Assembly: GCA_035466375.1 (NCBI GenBank)
Contig: DATIVB010000056.1
Span: forward strand, 10,075-74,074
DNA length: 64,000 nt
Direction of reading: 5' to 3'
From: Chondromyces sp.
GTDB lineage: Bacteria; Acidobacteriota; Thermoanaerobaculia; Thermoanaerobaculales; Sulfomarinibacteraceae
A program made the position numbers and the translations under genes. Numbering within the stretch: position 1 is the stretch's first letter; each line of letters starts with the position of its first letter. This document shows, in pieces, positions 16,017-25,740 of the stretch. The notes below the pieces were generated by a model. That model made no database searches. It was not told where the DNA came from and was given only the letters and a program-made list of their open reading frames with translations.

Positions 16017-16958
16017 TCAGTTCGCGGCGTCGCTCTCGCCACCACCCTCGATCTCGGCTTCGATCTCGCGGATCATGGCGCGCAGGGCTTCAATGACCTG
16101 CTGCGGCTCGGGCTCGGACTCGGTTCGGAAGGCCAACGACACCGAGACCGTGCGATCGGAGCTGCGGAACTGGAAACGGAATGGCTTGCGGCCCGGGACC
16201 GCGTCGTCGGCCGGTGAACCTCCAGCCTCGGATTCTTCGAGCTCGTGCCGGCGGTCGCGCAGAGCCGCGCGATCGAGCCGCAGCTCGATGATCTCACGCA
16301 CCAGCTGTTCCATCGCAGCCTCGTCGGGCGCACGGGCGATCTCCAGGAGCACGCTCTTGGCGGTGATGTCGGCATGCCGACACAGATCCCGGATGGATGG
16401 CGGGATGCGGAGGGTCTGCAGGCTCTCGGTGACCGTGACCCGGGAGCGCCCAACCGCCTGCGCCACCTGCTCGTGGGTGTAGCTGTACTTGTCGATGAGG
16501 GTGCGGTAGCCCTCGCCCTCCTCGAACGGCGTCAGGTCCTTGCGTTGGAGGTTCTCGATCAGCGCGATCTCGAGCGCCTGCTGGTCGGTGACGGTGAGCT
16601 CGATGCACGGGACCTCGGTGAGGCCCACGGCCATGGCCGCGTGGAACCGGCGCTCGCCGGAGACCAGCTCGTAGTTGCCCTCGCCGAGAGGACGCACCAG
16701 GAGCGGCTCGAGAATGCCATGGGCGTCGATGGACGACTCGAGGTCGTCGAGGTCGCCGAGGTTCGAACGCGGCTGGTCCTGGTTGCTGGTAATGGCGGTG
16801 ATGCGGACCATCCGGCCGATGCCCTCGCCCATTCGTTGCGTGAGCTCGTCGACGAAGTGTCGATCGTGGCGCATGCGCCGGTGGGACGGCAGGCCGGCCT
16901 TGGGTTTAGTCGGACCCGACACGCTGCAGGACCTCCTCACAGAGACGGTAGTACTCAT
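16017..16958 (-). CDS. parB: ParB/Spo0J chromosome partitioning protein
   Basis: Motifs are ILEPLLVRPL..YELVSGERRFHAA (ParB box), an HTH (YTHEQVAQAVGRSRVTVTESL) and a C-terminal dimerisation region. The start is uncertain: the ORF maximum overlaps parA, and the GTG at 16922 or ATG at 16874 are alternatives. Confidence 0.9.
   Translation of the reverse strand: MSTTVSVRRSCSVSGPTKPKAGLPSHRRMRHDRHFVDELTQRMGEGIGRMVRITAITSNQDQPRSNLGDLDDLESSIDAHGILEPLLVRPLGEGNYELVSGERRFHAAMAVGLTEVPCIELTVTDQQALEIALIENLQRKDLTPFEEGEGYRTLIDKYSYTHEQVAQAVGRSRVTVTESLQTLRIPPSIRDLCRHADITAKSVLLEIARAPDEAAMEQLVREIIELRLDRAALRDRRHELEESEAGGSPADDAVPGRKPFRFQFRSSDRTVSVSLAFRTESEPEPQQVIEALRAMIREIEAEIEGGGESDAAN
16367..16382. repeat. 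Perfect 16-bp palindrome TGTCGGCATGCCGACA inside the parB coding sequence
   Basis: Read directly. It is identical to the core of the palindrome at 13251-13268. Confidence 0.7.
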
Positions 16959-17667
16959 AGGCGCCGCTCGACGAGGGCGCGTGGCTGAAGATGCTGGACC
17001 GGTGCGCCGGGGACTCCTCCAGGCGCACCGACTTGGTGATCAGGGTATCGAACACCAGGTCACCGAAGACCTGGTCGATCTCCTCCTTGACCTGACGCGC
17101 GAGCACGGTGCGGCGGTCGAACATGGTGACCAGGACCCCCAGCATCCGCAGCTCGGTATTCGGCCGCGCCTTGATCTTATCGATGGTCTCGAGCAGGTCG
17201 TCGGTGCCCTCGAGTGCGAAGTAGGACGCCTGGATCGGCACCAGCACATGGGTTGCCGCGACCAGCGCGTTGACGGTCAGCAGGCCCAGCGTCGGCGGCG
17301 TGTCGATGATGACCGCGTCGAAGTGGCGCTCGAGCCTCTCGATGGTGTCCTTGAGGCGGTAGGGTGCATCGAGCTCCCCCACCAGGTGGACCTCGAGCTT
17401 GGCCATCGCGATGCGTGACGGTGCGATCCAGAGATTGGCGTCCGCCCCGTCGACGATCACATCCTCGAGTGTCCGCAATCCCCGCATGACATCGTACATG
17501 TTGCCGTCCAGAGACTCCATGTCGACGTTCGACATCGTGGAGTTGGCTTGCGGATCGAGATCTATCAGCAGGGTCTGCAACCCCTTCTGGGCGAGCCCCG
17601 CCGCGAGGTTGATGGCGGTGGTGGTCTTGCCCACACCACCCTTCTGATTGGTGATGGCGATTCTCAT
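16906..17667 (-). CDS. parA: ParA/Soj chromosome partitioning ATPase
   Basis: Starts at MRIAITNQKGGVGKTTTAINLAA (deviant Walker A), followed by LLIDLDPQANST and VIIDTPPTLG. Confidence 0.94.
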   Translation of the reverse strand: MRIAITNQKGGVGKTTTAINLAAGLAQKGLQTLLIDLDPQANSTMSNVDMESLDGNMYDVMRGLRTLEDVIVDGADANLWIAPSRIAMAKLEVHLVGELDAPYRLKDTIERLERHFDAVIIDTPPTLGLLTVNALVAATHVLVPIQASYFALEGTDDLLETIDKIKARPNTELRMLGVLVTMFDRRTVLARQVKEEIDQVFGDLVFDTLITKSVRLEESPAHRSSIFSHAPSSSGAYEYYRLCEEVLQRVGSD

Positions 17668-17767
17668 GCATGCTCCGGGACCCGCGGACGTCGACGGCGG
17701 TGCTGGAGCCACTATAGGGGTGCCGGGTTTCAGGTGTCAACGAAAGGCTGCGAGGCGGGCGCGGCGC

Positions 17768-18268
17768 TCACATCTCGTACTCGCCCAGATCCTCCGGACG
17801 CAGGTTTTCCAACATCTCGCGAACCGTCTCCTCGAGGGATTTCTCGCTCAGCACCGCACGCTCGAGCACCGATGGGTCGACCAACACGTCGACCTTGGCG
17901 CGCAGGGCGAGCGCGATGGCGTCCGAGGGTCGCGAGTCCACCTGATGGGTGATCGAGCGGGCGTCGCGCAGCTGGATCCAGGCCTTGAAGACGCTGTCTT
18001 CCAGGCTGTGGATGAAGATGTGGTCGACGACACAGCCCGCGGTCTCGATGAGATTACGAATCAGATCGTGTGTCATCGGGCGCGGCGGGGCAACGCCTTC
18101 GAGCTCCAGGGCGATGGAGTTGGCCTCGCAGACGCCGATCCAGATGGGGAGGAAGGTGTTGCCGTCGCTGTTCTCGAGGATGACCACGGGCATATTGGAG
18201 TTGGGGTCCATGACCAGGCCTCGCACCTGCATCTTGACGGCCTTGTCGCGGTCGCGGGTCGGTTCCAT
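17768..18268 (-). CDS. Bifunctional nuclease family protein (DUF151-type DNase/RNase)
   Basis: VRGLVMDPNSNMPVVILENSDGNTFLPIWIGVCEANSIALELEGVAPPRPMTHDL matches the BFN-domain pattern. Confidence 0.8.
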   Translation of the reverse strand: MEPTRDRDKAVKMQVRGLVMDPNSNMPVVILENSDGNTFLPIWIGVCEANSIALELEGVAPPRPMTHDLIRNLIETAGCVVDHIFIHSLEDSVFKAWIQLRDARSITHQVDSRPSDAIALALRAKVDVLVDPSVLERAVLSEKSLEETVREMLENLRPEDLGEYEM

Positions 18269-18299
18269 ACCCCTAATGTGTCGGTGCCGGCGGCCGATG

Positions 18300-19646
18300 T
18301 CAAGCCGCTCCGTCGCGGCGCTCCACCACCGGCAGCCTGCCGCCGCTCGGCGGGCGCTCGCCGGCGAGCGAGTGTGGCCCGGCGCGGAGGATGTTTACGT
18401 CGACAATCTCCCCCACCCCCTCGCGGCCCGTCTTGGGGAAGTTGACGATGCGGTTGTCCTCGCCCCTCCCCTGCCAGGTCCCGGGGTCGCGCCGGCTGTC
18501 GCCGTCGATCAGCACCGGCACCACCGCGCCCACGAGCTCCCGGTTGAGCTCGAGCGTGATCCGGTCGGTGAGCTCGAAGAGCCGATGCAGTCGGTCCTTC
18601 TTGACCCCCTCGGGCACCTGCAGCTCATAACGCGCAGCCGGCGTGCGCGGGCGCGGCGAGTAGGCGAAGGCGAAAACCTGGCCGAAGCGGACCGTCTCCA
18701 GCAGCTCCATGCTGCGGCTGAAGTCGGCCTCGTCCTCGCCCGGGAAGCCCACGATCACGTCGGTCGAGAGGTTGATGCCGGGCACGGCCTCGCGGAGCCG
18801 CGCCACCAGGTCCAGGTACTCCGCGCGCGTGGACCGCCGGTGCATCCGATCGAGAATGCGGTCGGATCCCGACTGGATCGGCAGGTGCAGGTAGCGTGAG
18901 ACCTTCGGGTTGGCGGCGAGGGTGTCGATGAGGCGCTGGTGGAAGTGGCGCGGATGGGAGGTGACGTAGCGCACCCGCTCGATCTCCTGGACCGCGGCGA
19001 CGTTGGCGAGCAGATCACTGAAGTCGGCGCCGGTCCGCGGGCAGCTGTAGGAGTTGATGGTCTGGCCGAGGAGCTCAACCTCTTTGAGGCCGGAATCGGC
19101 GAGCGCCTGCACCTCGCAAATGATGTCCGGCATGGGGCGGCTGAGCTCGCGCCCGCGGGTGTAGGGCACTACGCAGAAGGTGCAGAACTCGTTGCAGCCC
19201 TCGACCACGGTCACCATGCCGCGGGTCGGGCTGGAGCGGAAGTGGAGCTCGAAGTCGTGCTCCCGCTCGGGGTCGAAATCGATCAGCACCGGCCGGCCGC
19301 CGGTCGCGACCATGCGCAGCGCCTCCCCCACCCTGCCCACCGCTCCCGGGCCGAGCACGAAGCCGACCCGCTTCGAGCGCGCCAGCAACGAGTCGCCCTC
19401 CTGCTGTGCCACGCAGCCGCAGACGCCGATGAGCGGAGGTCGCGGGAGCTTCTCGAGGGCGCCGATCCGGCTGGTGATCTTGTGCACCGGGCGCTCGCGG
19501 ACCGAGCAGGTGTTGAGGATCACCAGGTCGGCGTCGTCGGCGGCCGCCGACGGGCTCAGGCCGTGTCGGCGGAGCTGTCCCTCGATCAGCTCGCTGTCGT
19601 GCTGATTCATCTGACAGCCCCAGGTTTCGATGAAATAGCTTCTCAT
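18300..19646 (-). CDS. miaB: tRNA-i6A37 methylthiotransferase MiaB
   Basis: It has the UPF0004 domain (FIETWGCQMNQHDSE), radical-SAM CNEFCTFCVVPYTRG and a C-terminal TRAM domain. The ATG at 19646 or 19652 could be the start. Confidence 0.93.
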   Translation of the reverse strand: MRSYFIETWGCQMNQHDSELIEGQLRRHGLSPSAAADDADLVILNTCSVRERPVHKITSRIGALEKLPRPPLIGVCGCVAQQEGDSLLARSKRVGFVLGPGAVGRVGEALRMVATGGRPVLIDFDPEREHDFELHFRSSPTRGMVTVVEGCNEFCTFCVVPYTRGRELSRPMPDIICEVQALADSGLKEVELLGQTINSYSCPRTGADFSDLLANVAAVQEIERVRYVTSHPRHFHQRLIDTLAANPKVSRYLHLPIQSGSDRILDRMHRRSTRAEYLDLVARLREAVPGINLSTDVIVGFPGEDEADFSRSMELLETVRFGQVFAFAYSPRPRTPAARYELQVPEGVKKDRLHRLFELTDRITLELNRELVGAVVPVLIDGDSRRDPGTWQGRGEDNRIVNFPKTGREGVGEIVDVNILRAGPHSLAGERPPSGGRLPVVERRDGAA

Positions 19647-19729
19647 TCGCAAATCCGCGTCCGGGCGCGGCGAGTGTAGCCTCTGAACCTGCGCCCGGCA
19701 AGCCTCGAGCCCCCGGCGCGTCGTCAGGA

Positions 19730-20431
19730 TCAGTCGCGCACCGCCCCCGGCGGCGGGGTCGGGGGGAGCGGTGCCGGGGTCGGGATGCCGCGGAACCAGC
19801 CCGGCTCGGCGCCGTCCGCGCGGGCCTGGCTTTTGATCTCGCTGAGTCGCGGCCCGGCGGCGGCCAGCTGCTCCTCGAGCTTCTGACGGCGTGCCATCGC
19901 GGCATCGAGCTCCGGCTTGATGACGCCGTCGCGATAGGCCGGATCGTCGCGCGAGTAGAACTCCCTCCAGAGCCCCGGAATTTTCTGGTCGAGGATCTGG
20001 ATCTGCCGCTGCAGGCCCTCGATGAGCTCGACCTGACTCTCGTACTGGTTGCGCCAGTAGCGCCGGCGCTCGTCGGTGTGCTGGGGGTCGGACTCCACAA
20101 CGGTGACCTGGCCGGGCTGCCGCACCGGCCGCCGGCCGGCACCGCTCCCCGCGCCCTTCTCGACCGAGGTCACCGAGCCCTGCTCGGCGATCTCGGCGAG
20201 GTTCTCATTGCTGATCACGATCGGCGTGCCGGTCTCACCGCCCTTGAGCTCGGTGTCCTTGCCGATCTCCCTGAGAGACTGGCCACCCGCCGGGCGCGGC
20301 GTCGGCGACTGGGTCGGAGTCGCCGTCGGAGTCGGCGTCGGCCGGTCCTCGGCCATGCCGGGGACGGAGGCCGCGGCCAACAGCCCTGCGACCACCATGC
20401 CGCGAATCGTCGTCCGCTTCCTGATCTTCAT
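19730..20431 (-). CDS. Hypothetical secreted protein (signal peptide, Thr/Pro linker, coiled-coil-like C-terminal half)
   Basis: The signal peptide is MKIRKRTTIRGMVVAGLLAAASVPGMA and the linker is TPTPTATPTQSPTP. No family was recognised. The start was chosen at the signal peptide. Confidence 0.6.
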   Translation of the reverse strand: MKIRKRTTIRGMVVAGLLAAASVPGMAEDRPTPTPTATPTQSPTPRPAGGQSLREIGKDTELKGGETGTPIVISNENLAEIAEQGSVTSVEKGAGSGAGRRPVRQPGQVTVVESDPQHTDERRRYWRNQYESQVELIEGLQRQIQILDQKIPGLWREFYSRDDPAYRDGVIKPELDAAMARRQKLEEQLAAAGPRLSEIKSQARADGAEPGWFRGIPTPAPLPPTPPPGAVRD

Positions 20432-20480
20432 CGGCGCCCCCTTGACCCGGGCCTCGCACCCGGTCACCAGTGAGACCGGC

Positions 20481-20852
20481 TCACGGTGCATTGGTTCCCT
20501 TCCGCCCGTAGCGGTCCTCCAGCCGAACCACGTCGTCGAGGTGGTTGGTCGAGACCTCGAGCAGCCGGCAATCGGTGGCCGCCACCATCCGGTGGAGCTC
20601 CCCTGGCGAGACGTGGAACACGTCCCCGATCCGCAGCCGCTGTGTCTGCAGGCTCTCCACCGCTGCGCCGAACACCATGTCGAGCTCGCCGTCGAGAACC
20701 CGCAGGGTCTCCTCCTTGCGCTCGTGGTACTGCAGGCTCAAGGCCTCGCCGCGGCGGATGAAGAGGATCTTCCCGACGTAGCCCTCGGTTTCGGCGAAGA
20801 TCTCCTCGTGCCCCCACGGTTTGTCGACGACGCGTGCGCTGTGGAGTCCCAT
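20481..20852 (-). CDS. Cupin-domain protein (type II mannose-6-phosphate isomerase-like)
   Basis: ATG at 20852. KPWGHEEIFAETEGYVGKILFIRRGEALSLQYHERKEETLRVLDGEL is a typical cupin motif. Confidence 0.75.
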   Translation of the reverse strand: MGLHSARVVDKPWGHEEIFAETEGYVGKILFIRRGEALSLQYHERKEETLRVLDGELDMVFGAAVESLQTQRLRIGDVFHVSPGELHRMVAATDCRLLEVSTNHLDDVVRLEDRYGRKGTNAP

Positions 20853-20860
20853 GACCGCTC

Positions 20861-22627
20861 CTACACGTGAATTTTGTTCCTGGCGAGCAGGAACGCAAGC
20901 CGCTCGAGGAGGTATTCCTCGACGTCGCGGGCGGTCACCATCTGCAGCGCGCGGCGCGCGATCTGCGCCGACTCGCGGAACGAGAGGTGGCGCACCAGGC
21001 CGCGCACGACCGGGATGGCGTGCGGGTTGACGCTGAACTTCTCGAGCCCGAGCCCGATGAGTACCGGGACCATCAGCGGGTCGGCGGCCATCTCCCCGCA
21101 CATCGAGACATCCACCCGCTCCTCGCGCCCCGCCGCGATCACCTCGGCGATCAGCCGCAGGATCGCCGGGCTGGTCGGCTTGTACAAGCCCGCCACCAGG
21201 TTATTCGAGCGGTCGACGGCGAGCACGTACTGAATCAGGTCGTTGGTGCCGATGGAGAGGAAGTCCACCTCGCGGGCGAGATCGCGCGCCATCACCGCGG
21301 CCGACGGCACCTCGACCATGGCTCCAAGGGGCACCTCGGCGTGGGTGGGGTGGCCGGCCGCAGCGAGCTCCGCGGTGATCTCCCGCACCAGCAGGCGCAC
21401 GATGCGGAACTCCTCGATGCCGCTGATCAGGGGAAACAGGATGCGGACCCGACCGGGCGGAAACTCGCCCGCCACCCTCAGGATGGCGCGCAGCTGGGTG
21501 CGGAAGAACTCGGGCTGCGAGAAGCACAGGCGGATGCCGCGCAGCCCCAGCACCGGGTTGGCCTCGGCCCCCCCGCCGATGATCTCGCGGGCCAGCTTGC
21601 GGCCTCCGAGGTCGAAGGTTCGGATGGTGACCGGGGCCTCACCCATCTTCGACACCATCTCGCGATAGGTCTGCAGGTGCTGCTTCTCGGTCGGCAGGGC
21701 GGGGCTCATCAGCATGTAGAGGAACTCGGAGCGGTAGAGGCCGACCCCGGAAGCGTTCCACATCAGGGCCTTGTCAACCTCCGCCGGGAGCTCGATGTTG
21801 GCGTGGAGCTCGATCACCCGCCCGTCGCGGGTGACGGTCGGCAGGCCGCGCATGTCCAGCAGGGCGGACTGCTGCTCCCGGTACTCGCGCTGCCGCGACT
21901 CGTACTCGGAGAGATCGGCCGGCTTGGGGTCGAAAACGATCTTGCCCTCGAAGGCATCGAGCGCCAGCAGACGTGAGCGTTTGGCCTGCTCGCAGGCGCC
22001 GGCGGCGCCGACGATGACCGGGATGCCGAGTGAGCGCGCGATGATCGTGGTGTGGGAGGTCGGGCCGCCCATCTCGAGGGCGAAGCCGAGCATTTTGTCG
22101 AGCGGGAGCTGGACGGCGGCCGACGGCGGCAGGTCGTCGGCGACGAGGATGACGGGGCGATCGAGTCTGTCGAGCTGGCCGAGATCGAGACCGTGCAGCG
22201 CTCCGAGGATCTGGGTCGCGACGTCGAGCACGTCGAGCTTGCGATCGGCGAGGTACTCGTCGGGCAGAGCCTCGAAACGCGAGATCAGCTGCTGGAGCAC
22301 CTGGTCGACCGCCCACCCGGCGTTGACTCCGTCCTCGCGAATCACCTTCTCGACGGTCTCGGTGAAGGTCGGGTCGGAGGCGATCAACTGGTGCGCCTCG
22401 AAGATCGCGGCGTACTCCTCCCCCATCTGCTGCGCCGCGCGGTCGCGGTTTTCCTTGATGCGCTCGATGGCGGTGGCGATCGCGGCGTGAAACCGCTCGA
22501 CCTCGGCCTCGACCCGGTCCGGAGGCACGGTGATCCGCAGAGTCGAGATCGGCCGGGTCTCGTGGACCACGGGCTCACCGATCGCGATCCCCGGGCTCAC
22601 GCCGAGGCCGGACAGGGTCTGGCTCAC
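20861..22627 (-). CDS. ptsI: Phosphoenolpyruvate-protein phosphotransferase (PTS Enzyme I)
   Basis: 588 aa. Motifs are GLGVSPGIAIG, GGPTSHTTIIARSLGIP (active His), GLYRSEFLYM and FLSIGTNDLIQY. Confidence 0.95.
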   Translation of the reverse strand: MSQTLSGLGVSPGIAIGEPVVHETRPISTLRITVPPDRVEAEVERFHAAIATAIERIKENRDRAAQQMGEEYAAIFEAHQLIASDPTFTETVEKVIREDGVNAGWAVDQVLQQLISRFEALPDEYLADRKLDVLDVATQILGALHGLDLGQLDRLDRPVILVADDLPPSAAVQLPLDKMLGFALEMGGPTSHTTIIARSLGIPVIVGAAGACEQAKRSRLLALDAFEGKIVFDPKPADLSEYESRQREYREQQSALLDMRGLPTVTRDGRVIELHANIELPAEVDKALMWNASGVGLYRSEFLYMLMSPALPTEKQHLQTYREMVSKMGEAPVTIRTFDLGGRKLAREIIGGGAEANPVLGLRGIRLCFSQPEFFRTQLRAILRVAGEFPPGRVRILFPLISGIEEFRIVRLLVREITAELAAAGHPTHAEVPLGAMVEVPSAAVMARDLAREVDFLSIGTNDLIQYVLAVDRSNNLVAGLYKPTSPAILRLIAEVIAAGREERVDVSMCGEMAADPLMVPVLIGLGLEKFSVNPHAIPVVRGLVRHLSFRESAQIARRALQMVTARDVEEYLLERLAFLLARNKIHV

Positions 22628-22893
22628 TGACCCTCTCCGAACTTGTCGGCGAAGAGGGCGGCGATCGCCCGCACGGCCGCTTCCTCGTCGGCGCCCTCGG
22701 CGCGGACATTGAGCGGCGTGCCCTTGCTGGCGGCAAGGGTCAGGATCCCGAGAATCGACTTCGCGTTGACCTCTTCGTGGTCGGTCCCGATGTAGATCTC
22801 GGACTCGAACTCGCTGGCGGTGTGGACGAGCTTGGCCGCCGCGCGGGCGTGGAGGCCGAGCTTGTTGGTGATGATCACCTGCTCCCGTTTCAT
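22624..22893 (-). CDS. ptsH: Phosphocarrier protein HPr
   Basis: 89 aa from MKREQVIITNKLGLHARAAAKLV (His-15 context), with NAKSILGILTLAA (Ser-46 context). It has a 4-nt overlap with the ptsI start. Confidence 0.9.
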   Translation of the reverse strand: MKREQVIITNKLGLHARAAAKLVHTASEFESEIYIGTDHEEVNAKSILGILTLAASKGTPLNVRAEGADEEAAVRAIAALFADKFGEGQ

Positions 22894-23002
22894 TCCTGGC
22901 GACTCCTCGGTGGTTGAACTTCCGTGAGCAGGGTTGCGCGGCGTGGGCCCAACCTCGGCTCCCATTGTATCTGGGGTGCTTCCCGGCCCTGAGGGCCGAT
23001 GC

Positions 23003-23422
23003 TCAGCCCGGCGACGACCGGGCGTTCAGGAACTCGCTCGCGACCTGGATGCTCTTCTGGCCGGCGGCGGTGAGCCCGGCGGCGAGCTCCCGCAGCGGCA
23101 TGGGACGCGCCTTGAGCGAGCCGAGCTTGACCAGCATCGGCAGATTGACGCCGGTCACGACCTCGACCTTGTCGGGCTCCAGAAATGGGAGGGCGAGATT
23201 GGTGGCGGTGCCCCCGAACATGTCGGTCAGAATGAGCGCGCCCTCGCCGCGGTCGAGCTCGCGCAGCAGCTTCTTGAGCGAGCGGCTGGCCTCGTCGGAG
23301 TCCACGTCCCACGGCAAGGACATGGCGGAGGTCATCTCGCTCAGGTTGGGGTCTATCGTACAGGCGGCCTGGAGGAGCTCGGTGGCGAGGTTGCCGTGGG
23401 TGAGGACGAGGACCGGGATCAT
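23003..23422 (-). CDS. PTS EIIA component, mannose/fructose class
   Basis: MIPVLVLTHGNLATELL (active His near the N-terminus) and ILTDMFGGTATN are typical of EIIA-Man. It has an ATGA overlap with the rapZ stop. Confidence 0.85.
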   Translation of the reverse strand: MIPVLVLTHGNLATELLQAACTIDPNLSEMTSAMSLPWDVDSDEASRSLKKLLRELDRGEGALILTDMFGGTATNLALPFLEPDKVEVVTGVNLPMLVKLGSLKARPMPLRELAAGLTAAGQKSIQVASEFLNARSSPG

Positions 23423-24300
23423 GATGAGTACCTCCAGCGTTCCTTGTCGCGGTGGTGCACCACCACCTCATGACCGGCGCCGGCGAGCTCGCGCGCCACC
23501 CTCTCAGCCGCGTAGACCGATCGGTGTTTGCCGCCGGTACAGCCGAGCGCGATCCCGAGGTGCGTCTTCATTTCCTTGACGTACCTCGGCAGCAGGAACG
23601 ATACCAGGTCCATGATGTGGCTGACGGCTTCCTCGACCTCGGGGTAGGCGTCGAGCCAGGTCTTGACTGCGTCGTCGTCCCCCGAGAGTGCCCGGAGCTC
23701 CTGCACGAAGAACGGGTTGGGGAGAAATCTCACGTCGAACACCAGGCTTGCGGTGGCGGGGACCCCCTGCATGTAGGAGAAGCTCTGCACCTCGATGGTG
23801 AGCCGTGAACGGCGGTCGTCGCCGCCGCCCAGGGTCTGCACCTGCCGCCTCAGGTCGTGCGGCGACAGGTTCGTGGTGTCGATGATCAGGTCGGCGAGCT
23901 CGCGAAACTCGGCCAGCGCGGACCGCTCCTCGGTGATGGCCCTCTCCAGCGTCAGGTCGCGCAGCGGGTGCGGCCGGCGGGCGACCGAAAATCGCCGCAG
24001 CAGGATCTCCGGGGAGGCCTCCACGAACACCAGACGGACCCCCGGGTACGTGCTCCTGAGCTCTCTGAAGAACTCCGGAAAGAGCTGGATCATGCCCCTG
24101 GTGCGGACGTCGAGAACCACCACCAGACGGTCCTTCTCCTCCTCGGTGCGAGCGAAGAGGAGAGGCACCAGCTCGAGCGGGATGTTGTCCACGCAGAGGT
24201 AGCCGATGTCCTCCAGGCTGCGGCTGAGCAGCGTCTTGCCGGCGCCGGAGAGACCGGTGATCACGAACGGACCGTTGAACGTGGGCTCAGCCGCCGTCAC
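23419..24300 (-). CDS. rapZ: RNase adapter protein RapZ (YhbJ-type P-loop ATPase)
   Basis: Motifs are FVITGLSGAGKTLLSRSLEDIGYLCVDNIP, DVRFLPNPF and GCTGGKHRSV. Confidence 0.9.
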   Translation of the reverse strand: MTAAEPTFNGPFVITGLSGAGKTLLSRSLEDIGYLCVDNIPLELVPLLFARTEEEKDRLVVVLDVRTRGMIQLFPEFFRELRSTYPGVRLVFVEASPEILLRRFSVARRPHPLRDLTLERAITEERSALAEFRELADLIIDTTNLSPHDLRRQVQTLGGGDDRRSRLTIEVQSFSYMQGVPATASLVFDVRFLPNPFFVQELRALSGDDDAVKTWLDAYPEVEEAVSHIMDLVSFLLPRYVKEMKTHLGIALGCTGGKHRSVYAAERVARELAGAGHEVVVHHRDKERWRYSS

Positions 24301-25279
24301 GGTGACCGCCCTGAGCCATCAGGTTGACGTTCTCCAGGAAACCGCGCTCGTCCTGGATGCCCCGCTGCGCCAGCAGACACTTGCGGACCGCGGTCTCGAC
24401 CATGATCGCGAGGTCGCGACCCGGCGCCACCACCATGGTGTACTTCGGGACCTCGACGCCCAGAATCTCCTGGGTCGATGTCCACGCGCTGGGGCGCTCC
24501 ATCATCTCCTCGCGCCACCGCTGCTCCATCTCCCGCGCCTGGGGTGTCAGCTTGGTGAGCTGGATGACCAGCGACACCGACACCGCCGGCGAAGTGGCGG
24601 TCATGCCGAAGTGCTTGCGCACGTCGATGATCCCGACGCCGCGCAGCTCGAGGTAATTCTCGAGCAGCTCGTGCGGGCCGCCGAGGAGGCCGTGGTGGTG
24701 GGTGCGCCGGATGACGACAGTGTCGTCGGCGACGAGGCGGTGGCCCCGGTACACGAGCTCCAGCGCACACTCGCTCTTGCCGATGCCCGGGTCGCCGATG
24801 ATCAGGGTGCCGAGCGAGAACACGTCGATCAGCACGCCGTGCAGCTGGACCCGCGGCGCCAGGGTGTCCTCGAGGTAGTCGGAGATCAACTCGATGGCCT
24901 CGGCGGTTTTGACCGGCGTGACCAGCAGCGGCACCTCGGCCGCGTCCGCGGCCGCGCAGACGCCAGGGCTGGGGCGCTTGCCTTTGGTCGACACGACGCA
25001 CGGCACCTCGAGCTGCATCAGGCAGGCCAGCCGGCGCTCGGCCTCGGCCTCGGGAAATGTGGCCAGGAAATCGTATTCCGATTCGCCGAGGATCTGCAAC
25101 CGTCCGGGCTTGACGTACGGGAGGTAGCCGGCCAGCGCGAGGCCGGGTTTCTGGATGCGTGGGTTGGAGATCCGGCGTCGGGCGAGGCCCGCTGTGCCGG
25201 CCACGACCTCGAGGCGGAGCGGCTCGAGCCGCTTCTCCTCGAGGAGGAGGGAAACCGATGTCGCCCGCGGAGCGGTCAC
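24287..25279 (-). CDS. hprK: HPr kinase/phosphorylase
   Basis: HGVLIDVFSLGTLIIGDPGIGKSECALELVYRGHRLVADD (P-loop) and LELRGVGIIDV match the HprK pattern. Confidence 0.9.
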   Translation of the reverse strand: MTAPRATSVSLLLEEKRLEPLRLEVVAGTAGLARRRISNPRIQKPGLALAGYLPYVKPGRLQILGESEYDFLATFPEAEAERRLACLMQLEVPCVVSTKGKRPSPGVCAAADAAEVPLLVTPVKTAEAIELISDYLEDTLAPRVQLHGVLIDVFSLGTLIIGDPGIGKSECALELVYRGHRLVADDTVVIRRTHHHGLLGGPHELLENYLELRGVGIIDVRKHFGMTATSPAVSVSLVIQLTKLTPQAREMEQRWREEMMERPSAWTSTQEILGVEVPKYTMVVAPGRDLAIMVETAVRKCLLAQRGIQDERGFLENVNLMAQGGHRDGG

Positions 25280-25740
25280 AGCCCCTCCGCGGCGGCGGTT
25301 TCGCAGACAGCCGCGGCGACCTCTTTCGCGGTGGCCGCCGCCAGCAGCGCCGACCGCAGGTCGCGGCGCTTGAGGACGCGGGCGATCTGCGACAGGACCT
25401 GCAGGTGCGCAGCCGGCTGGTCCGGCGGCGAAAGGACCACGAACATGAACGAAACCGGCGTTTCGCTGCCGTCACCGAAGTCGACTCCCGTCCGCAGACG
25501 GGCGAGCGAGATGGCGATCGTCCTCAGCCCCTGCAGCTTGCAGTGCGGAATCGCGAAGCCCTCCCCCACCGTGGTCGAGCCCAATGCCTCCCGCGCCAGC
25601 AGGCCCTCCACGAGCTCTTTCCGGTCGAGGTCGAGCGCCGGTCCCCAGCGCTCGGCCACCGCCGCCAAAGCGGACCGCACATCCTCGGCTTCGATGTCGA
25701 GGAAGACGTTTTCGGGGTCGATCAGGTTGTGGATCTTCAT
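25276..25740 (-). CDS. ptsN: PTS EIIA-Ntr (nitrogen regulatory IIA)
   Basis: 154 aa. REALGSTTVGEGFAIPHCKL carries the phosphorylatable His. The gene sits in the rpoN-hpf-ptsN order. Confidence 0.85.
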   Translation of the reverse strand: MKIHNLIDPENVFLDIEAEDVRSALAAVAERWGPALDLDRKELVEGLLAREALGSTTVGEGFAIPHCKLQGLRTIAISLARLRTGVDFGDGSETPVSFMFVVLSPPDQPAAHLQVLSQIARVLKRRDLRSALLAAATAKEVAAAVCETAAAEGL

